From assembly GCA_046563655.1 (NCBI GenBank), contig CM102284.1, positions 6,510,001 through 6,574,000 of the forward strand: 64,000 nt of DNA, read 5' to 3'. Made by a program: the position numbers and the translations under genes. The notes beneath the pieces are model-generated. The model made no database searches. It was not told the DNA's origin and saw nothing but the letters and a program-made list of their open reading frames with translations. The stretch comes from Yuukianura sp. NJ FZ-2021 (Eukaryota). The first letter of the stretch is position 1; each line of letters starts with the position of its first letter. Shown here piece after piece: positions 40,213 to 50,822 of the stretch.

Positions 40213-41136
40213 AAAAATGAATTAAGTTAAAATTAGAAAGTGTGTAACCAGAGCTGGACATATGTAATTTCTGAGAAGGAAATGAATGAATGATCGGATC
40301 AATTTTTTGATAGTATTTTTATCAAGGGTGAACAAAGGGAAGATCATTAGAAAATTCGTAGAATTTTCCCGGTGAGTTTTGCCAATTGACGGTAGAGTGT
40401 TAATTGACGATTTTTGACGATTTTTTGTGCCATCGAGAGTTTTGTGTGGGACGATTTTCTCAATTGAACTTGTGAATTGAAGATTTTTGGCACTCTCTCC
40501 TTTGCTGTAGTAAGGTCGGGGGCTGTTTCTGTTTGATAGTTAATTGTCCATCCTCTCATCATTTGTGTGTAATTTTAAGTTCTTTTGATTAATCTGTGAG
40601 TTCGCACGTAATTAATTCTAATTTTATGCTCCTTTGTTCTTCTAACACCAAAAGTCGGTCTGTCGTTTGCTTCTTGTGCGGAGAAACAGGTATTTAAGTT
40701 TTATCACTATCAAAACCAGTCTTAAAGAGGTACACTTGCTAATTTAACTTGACTCATTAGCTGTAGCACTGAATGCAGAGGCACGATTTTTGTTGGCTCG
40801 ACGTCAGGTCCATGAAGATGAGATGAAAACAAGGTTAGTATTAATTATTAAGCAGAGACTGTGATTCAATCGTTTCCCACTTCCTACGTGCTAATCGTAT
40901 GAGTCAATTGTTAAAACATATCGGATAACTTATTTGTGATTTCATCTTGCAGGGTACTTATAAACAAGCGACATCAGTGACCTTTTGACCTGGGATTTAT
41001 GAAGAGGAAGAGGACGATTAAACTAGCATCAATTGCAACTGCTACATTCCAGTATATTCCACCAGTATTCACGTGATTGTTCAATGAAGGAAGAAGACTT
41101 GTAATCAGCTGAGAATAAAAGACTGACATAGAGGCA

Positions 41137-44100
41137 ATGGAAGAAAACGATGAAAAGGTGAGACCTCCATGTTTAGATCGCTGCCATTTTGATAACCATA
41201 ATCTTGATCTTGTGATTTTTGTTAATTTTGCAGATTCGTATTGAACGAATTCTCGGAGTTTCCGTAACTGGCAATGCTCACTTTGATTCAGATTCTGGAC
41301 TTTTGGCATATCCAGCCGGGTAAGTCTGCGCTGAATAGAACTATTCGATGATATCGAATGATAGCGTGAGAATTGCAGCAGAATTCTTACTTTACAGTGT
41401 CCTTCGTTTATTTTCAGGAATAGTGTTGTTCTGCTAGACGTTGGGAGCGGAACAGTTGTGTCCCACGTAGTACTGGAAACGAAGAAAGCAATAAGTTCTC
41501 TGCAGCTCAAAGGCAATTCACTGTTATTCGTAGCTTCCCAAGAATCCAATTTTTTAAGAATAGTCAACTGGGAATCTGGCCTCGTCCGAGATCTAGCTCC
41601 ATGTCAAAATGTCATTTGCTGTGTAAGTTCTTTTTTCTTCATAGACCTACGTAACATATTGCTTTGTTTAGTATTTCAGCAAATTAGGACTACTTTATTT
41701 TTCTAGGCGGTATCCAGTAATCTGGGTGTGGTGGTTACCGTTTCTTCGGATCGTGTCGTATCTGTATGGGACTATAAAAATTTGATTAATCCAACCAGTA
41801 ATGGAAACACACCCACACAACGAGTTGGCACTCCTGCTGGAAGTAATGTTAACCGTGGAAGGAAACTTGCGTCAAGTTCTGTTGCTTCCAAAGTGTCTTC
41901 CGTGGCGTTTTCTCCCGACGGACTTTATTTTGTTACCTCCGGGAGTAGACATCTTGTAAGTTTCAAACCTTCTGATTTAAAGATTCAAAAATTTCAATGT
42001 TCAAAGTTAACCCCATTTTTAATTTTCGTTTCAGAAATTCTGGTATATTCAGCTAGGAAAGGTATGACTCCTCGGTCTTCATTGGACTCATGCTCTCCAA
42101 CTGAGATGAGATACTGTACTAAAAGTAATTATCATGTTTACGTTTCATGTTTTTTTCTGAATTGTATTTAGAATGAATGTGTCCTGACAGGAAGACCAGC
42201 GATTCTTGGGAGTGACCACAATCAAGCAGGTAATGTGTTCAGAAATGAAAACTGCTTAAGAATTTTGAAAAAAAATCCACATCTTATTTTATTCAGATTT
42301 TCGAGATGTAGTTACTGACGGAAGTGGAACTTACGCTATAGCAAATTTTGATTCGACCGCATCTTCTACATTGTGTCAATTTGATGATCGACGTTTCTTG
42401 GACAAATGGGTACAACTGAAGGTAACTTTCATAATCTTCAGTATTGTTTGTGATTGAGCTTGTTTAATTCCTTTGAACCTGGTTTTAATTATTGCTGTCC
42501 ATTTAGACTAAAGAAGCATTTTGCATTACCATCGACGAAGACTTGCTGTTCATTGGCTGTGCAGATGGAATTATTAGATGTTTCAGAGCTGGAAAGTTGG
42601 ATTTCGTTACAACGCTACCCTTGCCTCACCATTTAGGTGTTCACGTAAGTTTTTGGACAAAGTTTCCTCGAATTCCAGTTTGTGCGTTGAACATCAAGCG
42701 CTAACTAATTTTTGTTGTACATTTAGATTGCTGGGGCGACAGACGTCACCTCTCTGTCGTCTCATCCTCCGCTTTCACGCTTCCCTCATGTTGTCGCTAT
42801 TAGTGCAACAGGAGGAAAGAAAGTGGCTGCATCGTATGCCGATTCTTCGTTATACGTATGGGATTTTCAAGACATTCGCAGGGTAAGGAAACTATTCATT
42901 GAAATCTTCGAAATTGTGAATTGTGATGATTACGAAACTTAAGATTTCGTTTGTTTCAGGTGGGATTGACACATTCGTTTCTGAATCATAATGGATGTAT
43001 TTGGGACATCGACGTGGGTTCAATCGGTGGAACTCTAAACTCTTGGCCTTCATTCGTGACTTGTTCAAACGACGATACCATTCGTTTGTGGGACATCACG
43101 TCCCAAGCTAAAACTAATCTCTATTCCAACGTAAGAAATCGACGATTTCTAAACAACTGTTGACATATTGTTGTCACTTTTTTTTCCTCATTTGCGAAAT
43201 TTTGTTTTCAGGAATGTTTAGATATCAAGTACATTTCAACACGATATCTGGACTCACCCTTATTTATATCACATGGAAATGGAGTTCGATCTGTTGGAAT
43301 TGGATCAGACTTCCTCTGTTGCGGAGATCGACAAGGAAATCTTCGTTTATGGGGTAAAAAGACGAAGAACGAAGTCATCAAGGTCAAGGCTCACAAAGAA
43401 GAAATCCTATCGATGGATGTCAAAGGAAACATTTTGGCAACTGCATCGAGAGATGGGTCTCTCAATTTGTATCATATTTCTGAGGAAGTTGATCGAATTG
43501 CTTCTCTTCAAGAACATTCAGCTTCAGTCACTGGGATTCGACTTTTCTTCTCCGATCGCTCACCGCTTCTTCAACTAGCGTCCTGTGGAGCCGACAAAAT
43601 GATTATTCTAAGGCATATTGTCCCCAAAGGAATCTTCCAGGAAGATTTCAACTTTTTGGTAGCATTGGCTGAAGGAGAATTTAACGAAGAAGGGCTTCGC
43701 GTCGATGTCAAGATTTCAATACCAAGTAAAACGCCACTTTTCGACATCGAAGTAGACAACAGTGGAAGACACGTTTTAGTCGCCTGCCAAGATTCGTGTA
43801 TCCGTGTTTACAACGTCGCCAGTGGAAAGCAAAGTCGGAGTTTGCGGACACCAACAGTTGAAGGCCAAGGACCTCTGTCAACCATCATCAAACTTCGATT
43901 GGATCCGAGCGGAGCTTACCTCGCTGCTTCAGGAACAGACAAAGCTATAACAATTTTCGACTACCTCAAGGGAGAAGTTCTGACATCTCTTCTAGGTCAT
44001 TCCGAACTTGCAACTGCCTTGGCATTTACTCCAGATTTGCAAAATCTTCTATCTGTTGGTGGTGATTCATGCATTTTTGTATGGGCTCTGTCTCGTGAAA

Positions 44101-46203
44101 TGATTGTTACAATGAAAGCAAGAATAGCTGAAAAACGATCTCGGATTCCGTCAATCCAACCAGCTAGTAGCAATAGCCCTCCGCCAACAAAACAAGTTTC
44201 CATTCCCAGCTCTTCCAGTTCTCCGTCTCCACTCTTATCTTCATCTGCTTCGTCCTCTCCACAACGTGGACCAGACTATCGATTCAGTATTGGACAGTTA
44301 CCAGATTGGGCCAAGAAACAAATCACTGGTGAACGAACTTCGACATCTAAGAAAGTCAATGTTGCTCTTCCCCAAGGAAAATGGAGCGAGAGAGTTGAAC
44401 AAGCTTCAGCAACTGGACCAATTACAATTAAAAGTTTCCATAATTCCGATACAGTAGTTCCAGTAACATTTCCAACGAAACCTTCAGTACAAGTTAACAT
44501 TCCTAAGGATAAGGAGGAAGAGCCATTTGAAACATGCGAAGAAAGTTTAAGAGAAATCATGAAAACGGATGAAGAATCTTCAGATTTCCATTCCGATCTG
44601 AAGTCTCCTACAGATGGGGAAGAACGACCAGGAGCTTCTGAAACTGACGAAAGTAACAAAACGTCTGGAACAAGGAAGAAGACAATTTTGCCATTTGAAG
44701 TCAATCGGAATCGAAATGCAGAACTAATCATGTCAGTCAAGGTGAAACGAAGAGAAGAGAGCAAGACCAGGCTGGAACTGGAGCAACGTTTAGATGAAAC
44801 AAGACAGAAGCTGAAAAGTATTGGATACAAAAGTATGAGTCAATCTACAGCGGATTTGTCAAGGTCACATTACAGAGGTTAGTTGAAATATTGGTTGCGA
44901 AGGGGTAATTCTTGGATTGGATTTGTGTAAAATGTACTCTGCTTGAGTAGATGATTTCAAAAATTGTTCTAACAGTAGCTCCACTGTATACAATTGCTAC
45001 GCTCACTAAATTTCTTGAAGCACGCAGCACTAACAGTTGCTGGAGAACAGGAAAAGCGATTCTGATGGTGTCACCGACTCGAGCTGCTAAAAGTCCGAAT
45101 GAAAATGAAGGTCAGGAAGTCACTCTCCAGATTTGTCCAGAGATGTCATGAAGCATGCGGGCACGGAGCACGAAAATTGGCGTTTTTAACGGAATTGGCT
45201 TGTTTGCTTTGCTTGGTCTAGTTAATTAGAAATTATTATTTGTTTGGTGACGGGACTTTTTGTTGTTGAGCTTATTTGTGTTTGTGTTTTTGAGTTTAGA
45301 CGCTGGAGATGCATGGGATGTAAGTGGAGAGGAATCGGGACTTCGCAAGGCATGTTCATTGCAAGATCTGAATCAAACGACGCCTCTCCCCCCGAGACGA
45401 AAAAGATCATTTCGAAAGCAGCGTAATTTTATTTTTTCATTTTCTACAACCATATTTTTGAAGTAGAAAATTTGTCTTACTGTGTCTTTTGTATTTTTCT
45501 TTCCTTTGTGTTTTGACGTTTCTTTGATTTTGTGTTTGAAGTGCAAAAGAATTTCATAAACTAATTGAAATTGGTTTTAATTTTTTCAGGAACAAGGACC
45601 AGGTCAACTGGAGGATTTGATTCGCAGAATCTGATTACTCGCAGTACATCTCTGTCTACTTTGGCATTGAGGAAGGATACTGGAAGTGACTCTGATGGCG
45701 AATCTCTTCCAAGTACTACGCAACCTTCGTATATGTCAAAAACAATTAGTTCTCAGGGAAAAAGCAAAAGGAAAGGTCAATCGCAAGAGAACTTAAATCG
45801 AGACGATCTTCCAAAACTCAGAGTTTCTTCCAGCGAGCAGAATTTGGCAAAAGCAGGAGGACCGAGAACACGCACAGCTTCATTGAGTAAAGCTCAACCA
45901 GTTTATGGAAGTCCGAAAGGCCTTGCAATTGTGACTGGCGTGCGTCAAGGAAACCGTGACGACGAAGCACCGTTGACCGTGGAAACTGCTGTAACTTCTG
46001 TGGATGGTCTGCGTAAAACGCTGGATCAAGTCCTCTATCTCCGACGTCGGGTGTCAGTTGACAACGTTCGAGACAGAGAACCGATTGGTCGTATCCTTGA
46101 TGAAGGTATTCTCAATGCTCAACGTCTTCTACTCCAATCCGTCCTTTACACTGAGCAGAGTTCACCCAAAATCCTTATGGACCAAGAAGCAACTGACCTC
46201 TGA
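41137..46203 (+). CDS. WDR62: WDR62/MAPKBP1-family WD40 protein, multi-exon
   Basis: IERILGVSV...LLAYPAG, VSSVAFSPDGLYFVTSGSRHLKFWY, FLDKWVQLK, FIGCADGIIRCF, NHNGCIWDI, FVTCSNDDTIRLW, LATASRD, SCGADK, LDPSGAYLAASGTDK, GHSELAT, SVGGDSCIFVW. Confidence 0.9.
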
Positions 46204-47143
46204 CCTCTCCTCTTGCGAAACTACAGAAATGCAATCTACTTAACCCTTAATTTGCCGTCCATTTTTAATCGTCGATGCACCACCACCAAACATACCTAGT
46301 TCACCTCGCACTTCTGATTTTTTTTAATTAATAATTTATTGTTTACTTAATTACTTAATTTTTGTTAATTTTAAGTCGAGGTTCCTCCTCCAGGAAGTGA
46401 AGAGTCATGGTCTTGGCGGCTGCTGGATTTTACAATTTCCTGCGATTACTACTACTAAATACTAAAAAAAAGACGTAAAAACGGGGTGCCAAAGAATTTA
46501 CTAATAACGAATCGAATTATGCAGTTTTAAATGTAATTAATTAATAAACTCGTGTTGATTTTCCTCACATGGGTTTTCGACTTGTGGTGGTTTAATTTAA
46601 CTAGCTTTAAAATTGAATGTAAAGGTTGATGAATTTTGAAGTTTTTTGAAGGGAATTTTAATTTAATTATCAGATTATTAAAAGTTTACGTAGTTATTGT
46701 ACGCCGTTTAAAAAATAATTTAATTCAGGATTGGTGGGCAGCATTGCCAATTGCACAGAGGGAAATAAATTATTTTAATCTGGCGTTAACCAAAAAAAAA
46801 TTCTGTCTTCTCGTTTATAATTTTTTATGAAAGGAAAGTAAAAATTTATTGTAGCGATTTCTGTGGTCCCATCGGCCATTGCGCATATAAAACATATTTT
46901 ACTTTATTTGGTTCAAAATCTTGACAAAAAATACACTTTCAAAATTTTAACGAAATTCGAAAAAATTCCAGAACAATTTGGCTTATGGATTTTGCAAAAA
47001 TCAGCCAAACTTTCGATTTCAATTTTTTGTGCTTAAAAGATTCTCGAGGTCATTCTGAGTTGAGTGGTGAAGGAATTAGCAATTTATTGCATTCCTTTCC
47101 TGAGATATTAATTTTTAAAGTTTTTTAATTTTCTGAAATTTTG

Positions 47144-47375
47144 GAAAGAGATTTAGCATTGTGAAGTTGGAGGCTCTCTGAAAAAGTGTCCGGAGCTATG
47201 CGGGGATTAGGCGAAGCAAGAAGGCTCCTCACCTTTCTCAACTTTTTTCCCCGCTGGCGGCCTCCCCATACAAAAAGCACACAAGAGCAAAAGACCTATC
47301 TCGCCTCTTCGCTTCGTATAATCTCCGATCTACTTTTCTCCTCTCCCAAAGGCCTCCCATGTAAAAGACTCTTTC
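47144..47375 (+). ncRNA. Candidate structured RNA (long imperfect hairpin), copy 1
   Basis: Nested complementary arms GAAAGAG/CTCTTTC, GGAGGCT/GGCCTCC, AAAAGTG/TACTTTT, CGGAG/CTCCG, TATGCGGGG/CTTCGTATA, AGGCGA/TCGCCT, with G-U pairs on the + strand. Confidence 0.4.
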
Positions 47376-48133
47376 AAAAACTTCCGAAAACACAATCATA
47401 ATTCCCATTTTAGAAAATTCTAAAAATTTCAAACTTGCAGCGATTTCTGTGACTCCAACGCTTGACTCAAGTTGTAAAACATCATTTCGCACTTTGTGCA
47501 AATATTTTGCAAAAAAAACGTACATTCAAAATTCGAAAAACTTCACCTGTTTTTCCAGTAAATTGCAGAAATTTGCAATATGCCCGTCAGCGTCAGCCGA
47601 GTCAAACTGTAAAACAACATTACGCAAATTTGGTGCAAAAAGTTTCTAAAAAATTCACTTCCAAAAATTTTCAAAATTTTGGAAAATGGGAATCGATGAT
47701 GAATTTTGAGGGAGTTCCTCAAGGCTGTATGCAAAATTAGTAATTTCACTTAAGATAATCCTGTATGGATCCACGGACTGATTTATTTCAAATTTCAACT
47801 AGCGTTTAAACCAACTCAGAAAAAATAACCCTTTATTTCCATTAAACAAAACTTTGAATTTTTAATTTTATAACGATTTCTGCGATCAAGCACTCAGTTC
47901 ATTGTTCCAAAACCGTATTTTATGTAGTTTGGTGCAAAAATTTCGTAAACAACGCACCCTTAAAATTTTGATGAAATTTTGAAAAATCCATGGACTTTTC
48001 ACACATTTTCGGTTTTTTGTGCTTAAAAGATTCTTGAGATCCTTCTGAGTTGAGTGGTGAAGGAATTAGCAATTTATTGCATTCCGTTCCTGAGATATTA
48101 ATTTTTAAAGTTTTTTAATTTTCTGAAATTTTG

Positions 48134-48374
48134 GAGAGAGATTTAGCATTGTGAAGTTGGAGGCTCTCTGAAAAAGTGTCCGGAGCTATGCGGGGATTAG
48201 GCGAAGCAAGAAGGCTCCTCATCCTCTCCTTCCTCGACTTTTTCTCCCGCTGGCGGCGGCCTTCCCATACAAAAAGCACACAAGAGCAAAAGACCTATCT
48301 CGCCTCTTCGCTTCGTATAATCTCCGATCTACTTTTCTGCTTTCCCAAAGGCCTCCCGTGTAAAAGACTCTTTC
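48134..48374 (+). ncRNA. Candidate structured RNA (long imperfect hairpin), copy 2
   Basis: Same arms as copy 1; two stem substitutions keep pairing as G-U and both indels fall in the apical domain. Confidence 0.4.
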
Positions 48375-49649
48375 GAAAACTTTCAAAAACACACGCACTA
48401 TTCCTCATTTAGAAAATTCTAAAAATTTCAAACTTGCAGCGATTTCTGTGACTCCATCGCTCGACTCTAGTTGCAAAACATCTTTGCACACAATCTAGTG
48501 CAAAATTTGTGCAAAAAAAACGCACAATCAAAGAGTACATGTTTTTAAAAATTCAACAGTTATGCAGAAAGTTACAACAGTTTACAATGCTGTGGCTCCA
48601 GTTAATATGAAACTGGCTCAAAATGCAAAAAAAAAACATGTCGCGTAATTTGGCGCACAACGTTTTAAAACAAAACAATGCACTTCCAAAATTTTGTCTA
48701 ATTTTGAAAAAAATTGAGAAACGATATTTTTTAGAAATTGAGCTAAATTAAAAATCGTGTCCAACAGTTTAAAAAAGTTAATTTTCCAAACAAAATTTTT
48801 TTCCTAATGTCAAAGCCAAATGAAAGATAAATAAATTCAGGAATGGTACAACTGTATGAAACATGTGGCCTGAATGATTTTAAATTTTAACTGGCGTCTA
48901 AACAAATCTAAAAAAAACGTTCCTTTTCATTGAAATTAGTTTTCAAAATTTACTTTGCAGCGACTGCAATGAATCGAGCGCTGTTCCGTGTTCTCTTATT
49001 AAAAATAATAATAAGCGCAATGAACTTAAATTATTGTTAACTTTTTACTTAAGAATGTAGCATTTCTTTTATTCTAAAGAATCATTTATAAACAAAATCA
49101 CCTTTCTCAAATAACAATACATTTTCAAAAAGCTTTTTCAGCATCCCAGCAAACTTACCAAATCTAAAACGAGCTGCTAAACTTAACTAAAAACTAACAG
49201 TAGTCAATAACCTTCGTTTTGATACACGTTTTTGTGAAAGAAAATTCAATTTTTAGAACGATTCTGCGAAGCCAATTGAGAATAAAGTGCAGAAAACGGG
49301 CTAAAAATAACATAATAGGTTTAATTTTCAACAATTTTGGTTCGAAAATGAAATATGAAATTCAAGATTTGTATAGAAACAATGCAGAATCAGTAATTCC
49401 AGATTTTAAGCTTGGTTTGGTTGAAAGAAATTGAAAACGTGAAAAAAGAAACTGAAATTTTCATAGCTACAAGTCAAACGCCAAATAAAAATTAATAGAA
49501 AACATTACAGGTTTCTTTATAGGCCGAAGTAATAGGCAATGGTTGAAAAATTTAATATTTTATGTGGCGTCGACGCTAAGAAAAAGAGCGTGGAAAGCGA
49601 ATTTGTCAAAAACTTGTATAAAATTGTAGAATGCGTTACCAACTTGTGC

Positions 49650-50463
49650 TCAGTACATGTTCATGCGACGGGCGAGGTCAAAGCCATAACGACGCGTGAA
49701 GGCACCCATTTCATTGTTCGTCATGACCCGTGGGACAGTGAAGTGATGGTGCGGACATGTAGGGTCATTGGCATCCACAGCATAGATGATGTAGGGTCGA
49801 CGCTCTTTGGAACCATTGGGCAGAAGTGTGCAAGTACAACAACTGGATTCCCCCAAGTATCGACCAGCTTGTTGACCTCTTTCAAAGTAACGCAGGAGAC
49901 AAGCATTGGGACATTCGCAGCCGCAGTAAGCAGTTTGACCGCCGTAGTAATCAGTCGAAGTGTCCGTTGTTGTGCAGTTGTTTGTGGCGGGAGTTTCCTG
50001 GCCTGTGCGGTCCTTGTTTTCAAGCCAGTCACGAAGTGTAGACACATCGACGGAGTCAATGACATAAGTGTCCAGGAATTTTGGATTTTTGAACAGAAAT
50101 TTTTTGACGATGCCTATGGATTTTCAAAATAAATGTCAAAGGTCACAGAAACACTGTAAAAACTACTTGTTTAATTGGGATTGACTGGGTTCTACTTGGC
50201 TTACTAGCGGTCATTGGCTCCTCCTCACGATCTTCGGCCTCCTTAGCAGTAGTGTCGAGACTTTCGTCATCTTTTGTGTCCGGGTCAGTTTCGGTGGTTC
50301 CAGAAGTTCCTGAAATATGCAAGAATTTCAGAAAAAAAATTAGTTTCATAAACCCGTAATTTCAAAATTTAAAGTTATGATCCACAATTATGATCTTGGA
50401 AAGCTTACCACTATTATTGCTCTTGGTGCTGTTCTTGTTGGATTTAGATCTGTAAATTGGCAT
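49650..50463 (-). CDS. Orphan 207-aa protein with a PDE10-like N-terminal helical motif and Cys/His-rich C-terminus; exons 50463-50409, 50309-50205, 50113-49650
   Basis: Two phase-1 GTAAGC...AG introns give a 624-nt open frame MPIYRSKS...ASIVKKFLFKNPKFLDTYVIDSVDVSTLRDWLENK...RRMNMY*. Confidence 0.75.
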
Positions 50464-50607
50464 TCTATTGGCAGATATCTCTCACATCATCAGCGACTCC
50501 AAAATTTTGAAAAATTGAAATTCCGCATCCCGTAGAAGAAGCAGTAATCCTGAAGCGGTGGTGCATGGTGGTAGTAGCTGTTGATCTCTAATGAGAATTT
50601 GGGATGC

Positions 50608-50621
50608 GTTGTCATGGGAAC
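50608..50621. promoter_or_regulatory. RFX X-box GTTGTCATGGGAAC in the CEP290 / orphan-gene divergent promoter
   Basis: Matches RYYRYY-N2-RRNRAC; ~200 bp upstream of a core ciliary gene. Confidence 0.65.
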
Positions 50622-50822
50622 AGAATTCCACAACAAATCCACTGTTTACTTTCACTCGCTGTGCTGTCAATATTTACTTCCTGGGAGCGGTGCGGTGATG
50701 CACAGCCACGACTTTTATTTCCCTAAAATTTTGGAAAATCGAGTTAACAAAATCATTTCAATGTAATTAAGGAATTAGCTTCGAAATTAAAGTTAATTAA
50801 GAGTTTTTAGACTTTTGTAATA

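Larger units (their letters stand above)
46770..48970. repeat. Intergenic tandem duplication of ~2.2 units of ~1 kb; near-identical cores at ~47023-47480 and ~48013-48480
   Basis: 990-bp offset between near-identical stretches (gcttaaaagatt at 47031/48021; gtgtccggagctatg at 47186/48176); weaker homology in the flanks (cgatttctg at 46855, 47441, 47874, 48440). Confidence 0.92.

Noticed and set aside
40974-41567. 197-aa - strand ORF
   Set aside because: Antisense shadow of WDR62/MAPKBP1 exons and introns
47215-47300. Possible HDV-like ribozyme or telomerase-RNA pseudoknot in the hairpin apex
   Set aside because: The required P3/P1.1 pairings are absent and there is no CCUAA-type template on the folding strand
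47186-48412. Paired short ORFs (MSGAMRGLGEARRLL...) in the duplicated cores, with frame-preserving indels
   Set aside because: Substitutions between copies are mostly non-synonymous and there is no recognisable motif; the hairpin explains the conservation better, though coding is not fully excluded
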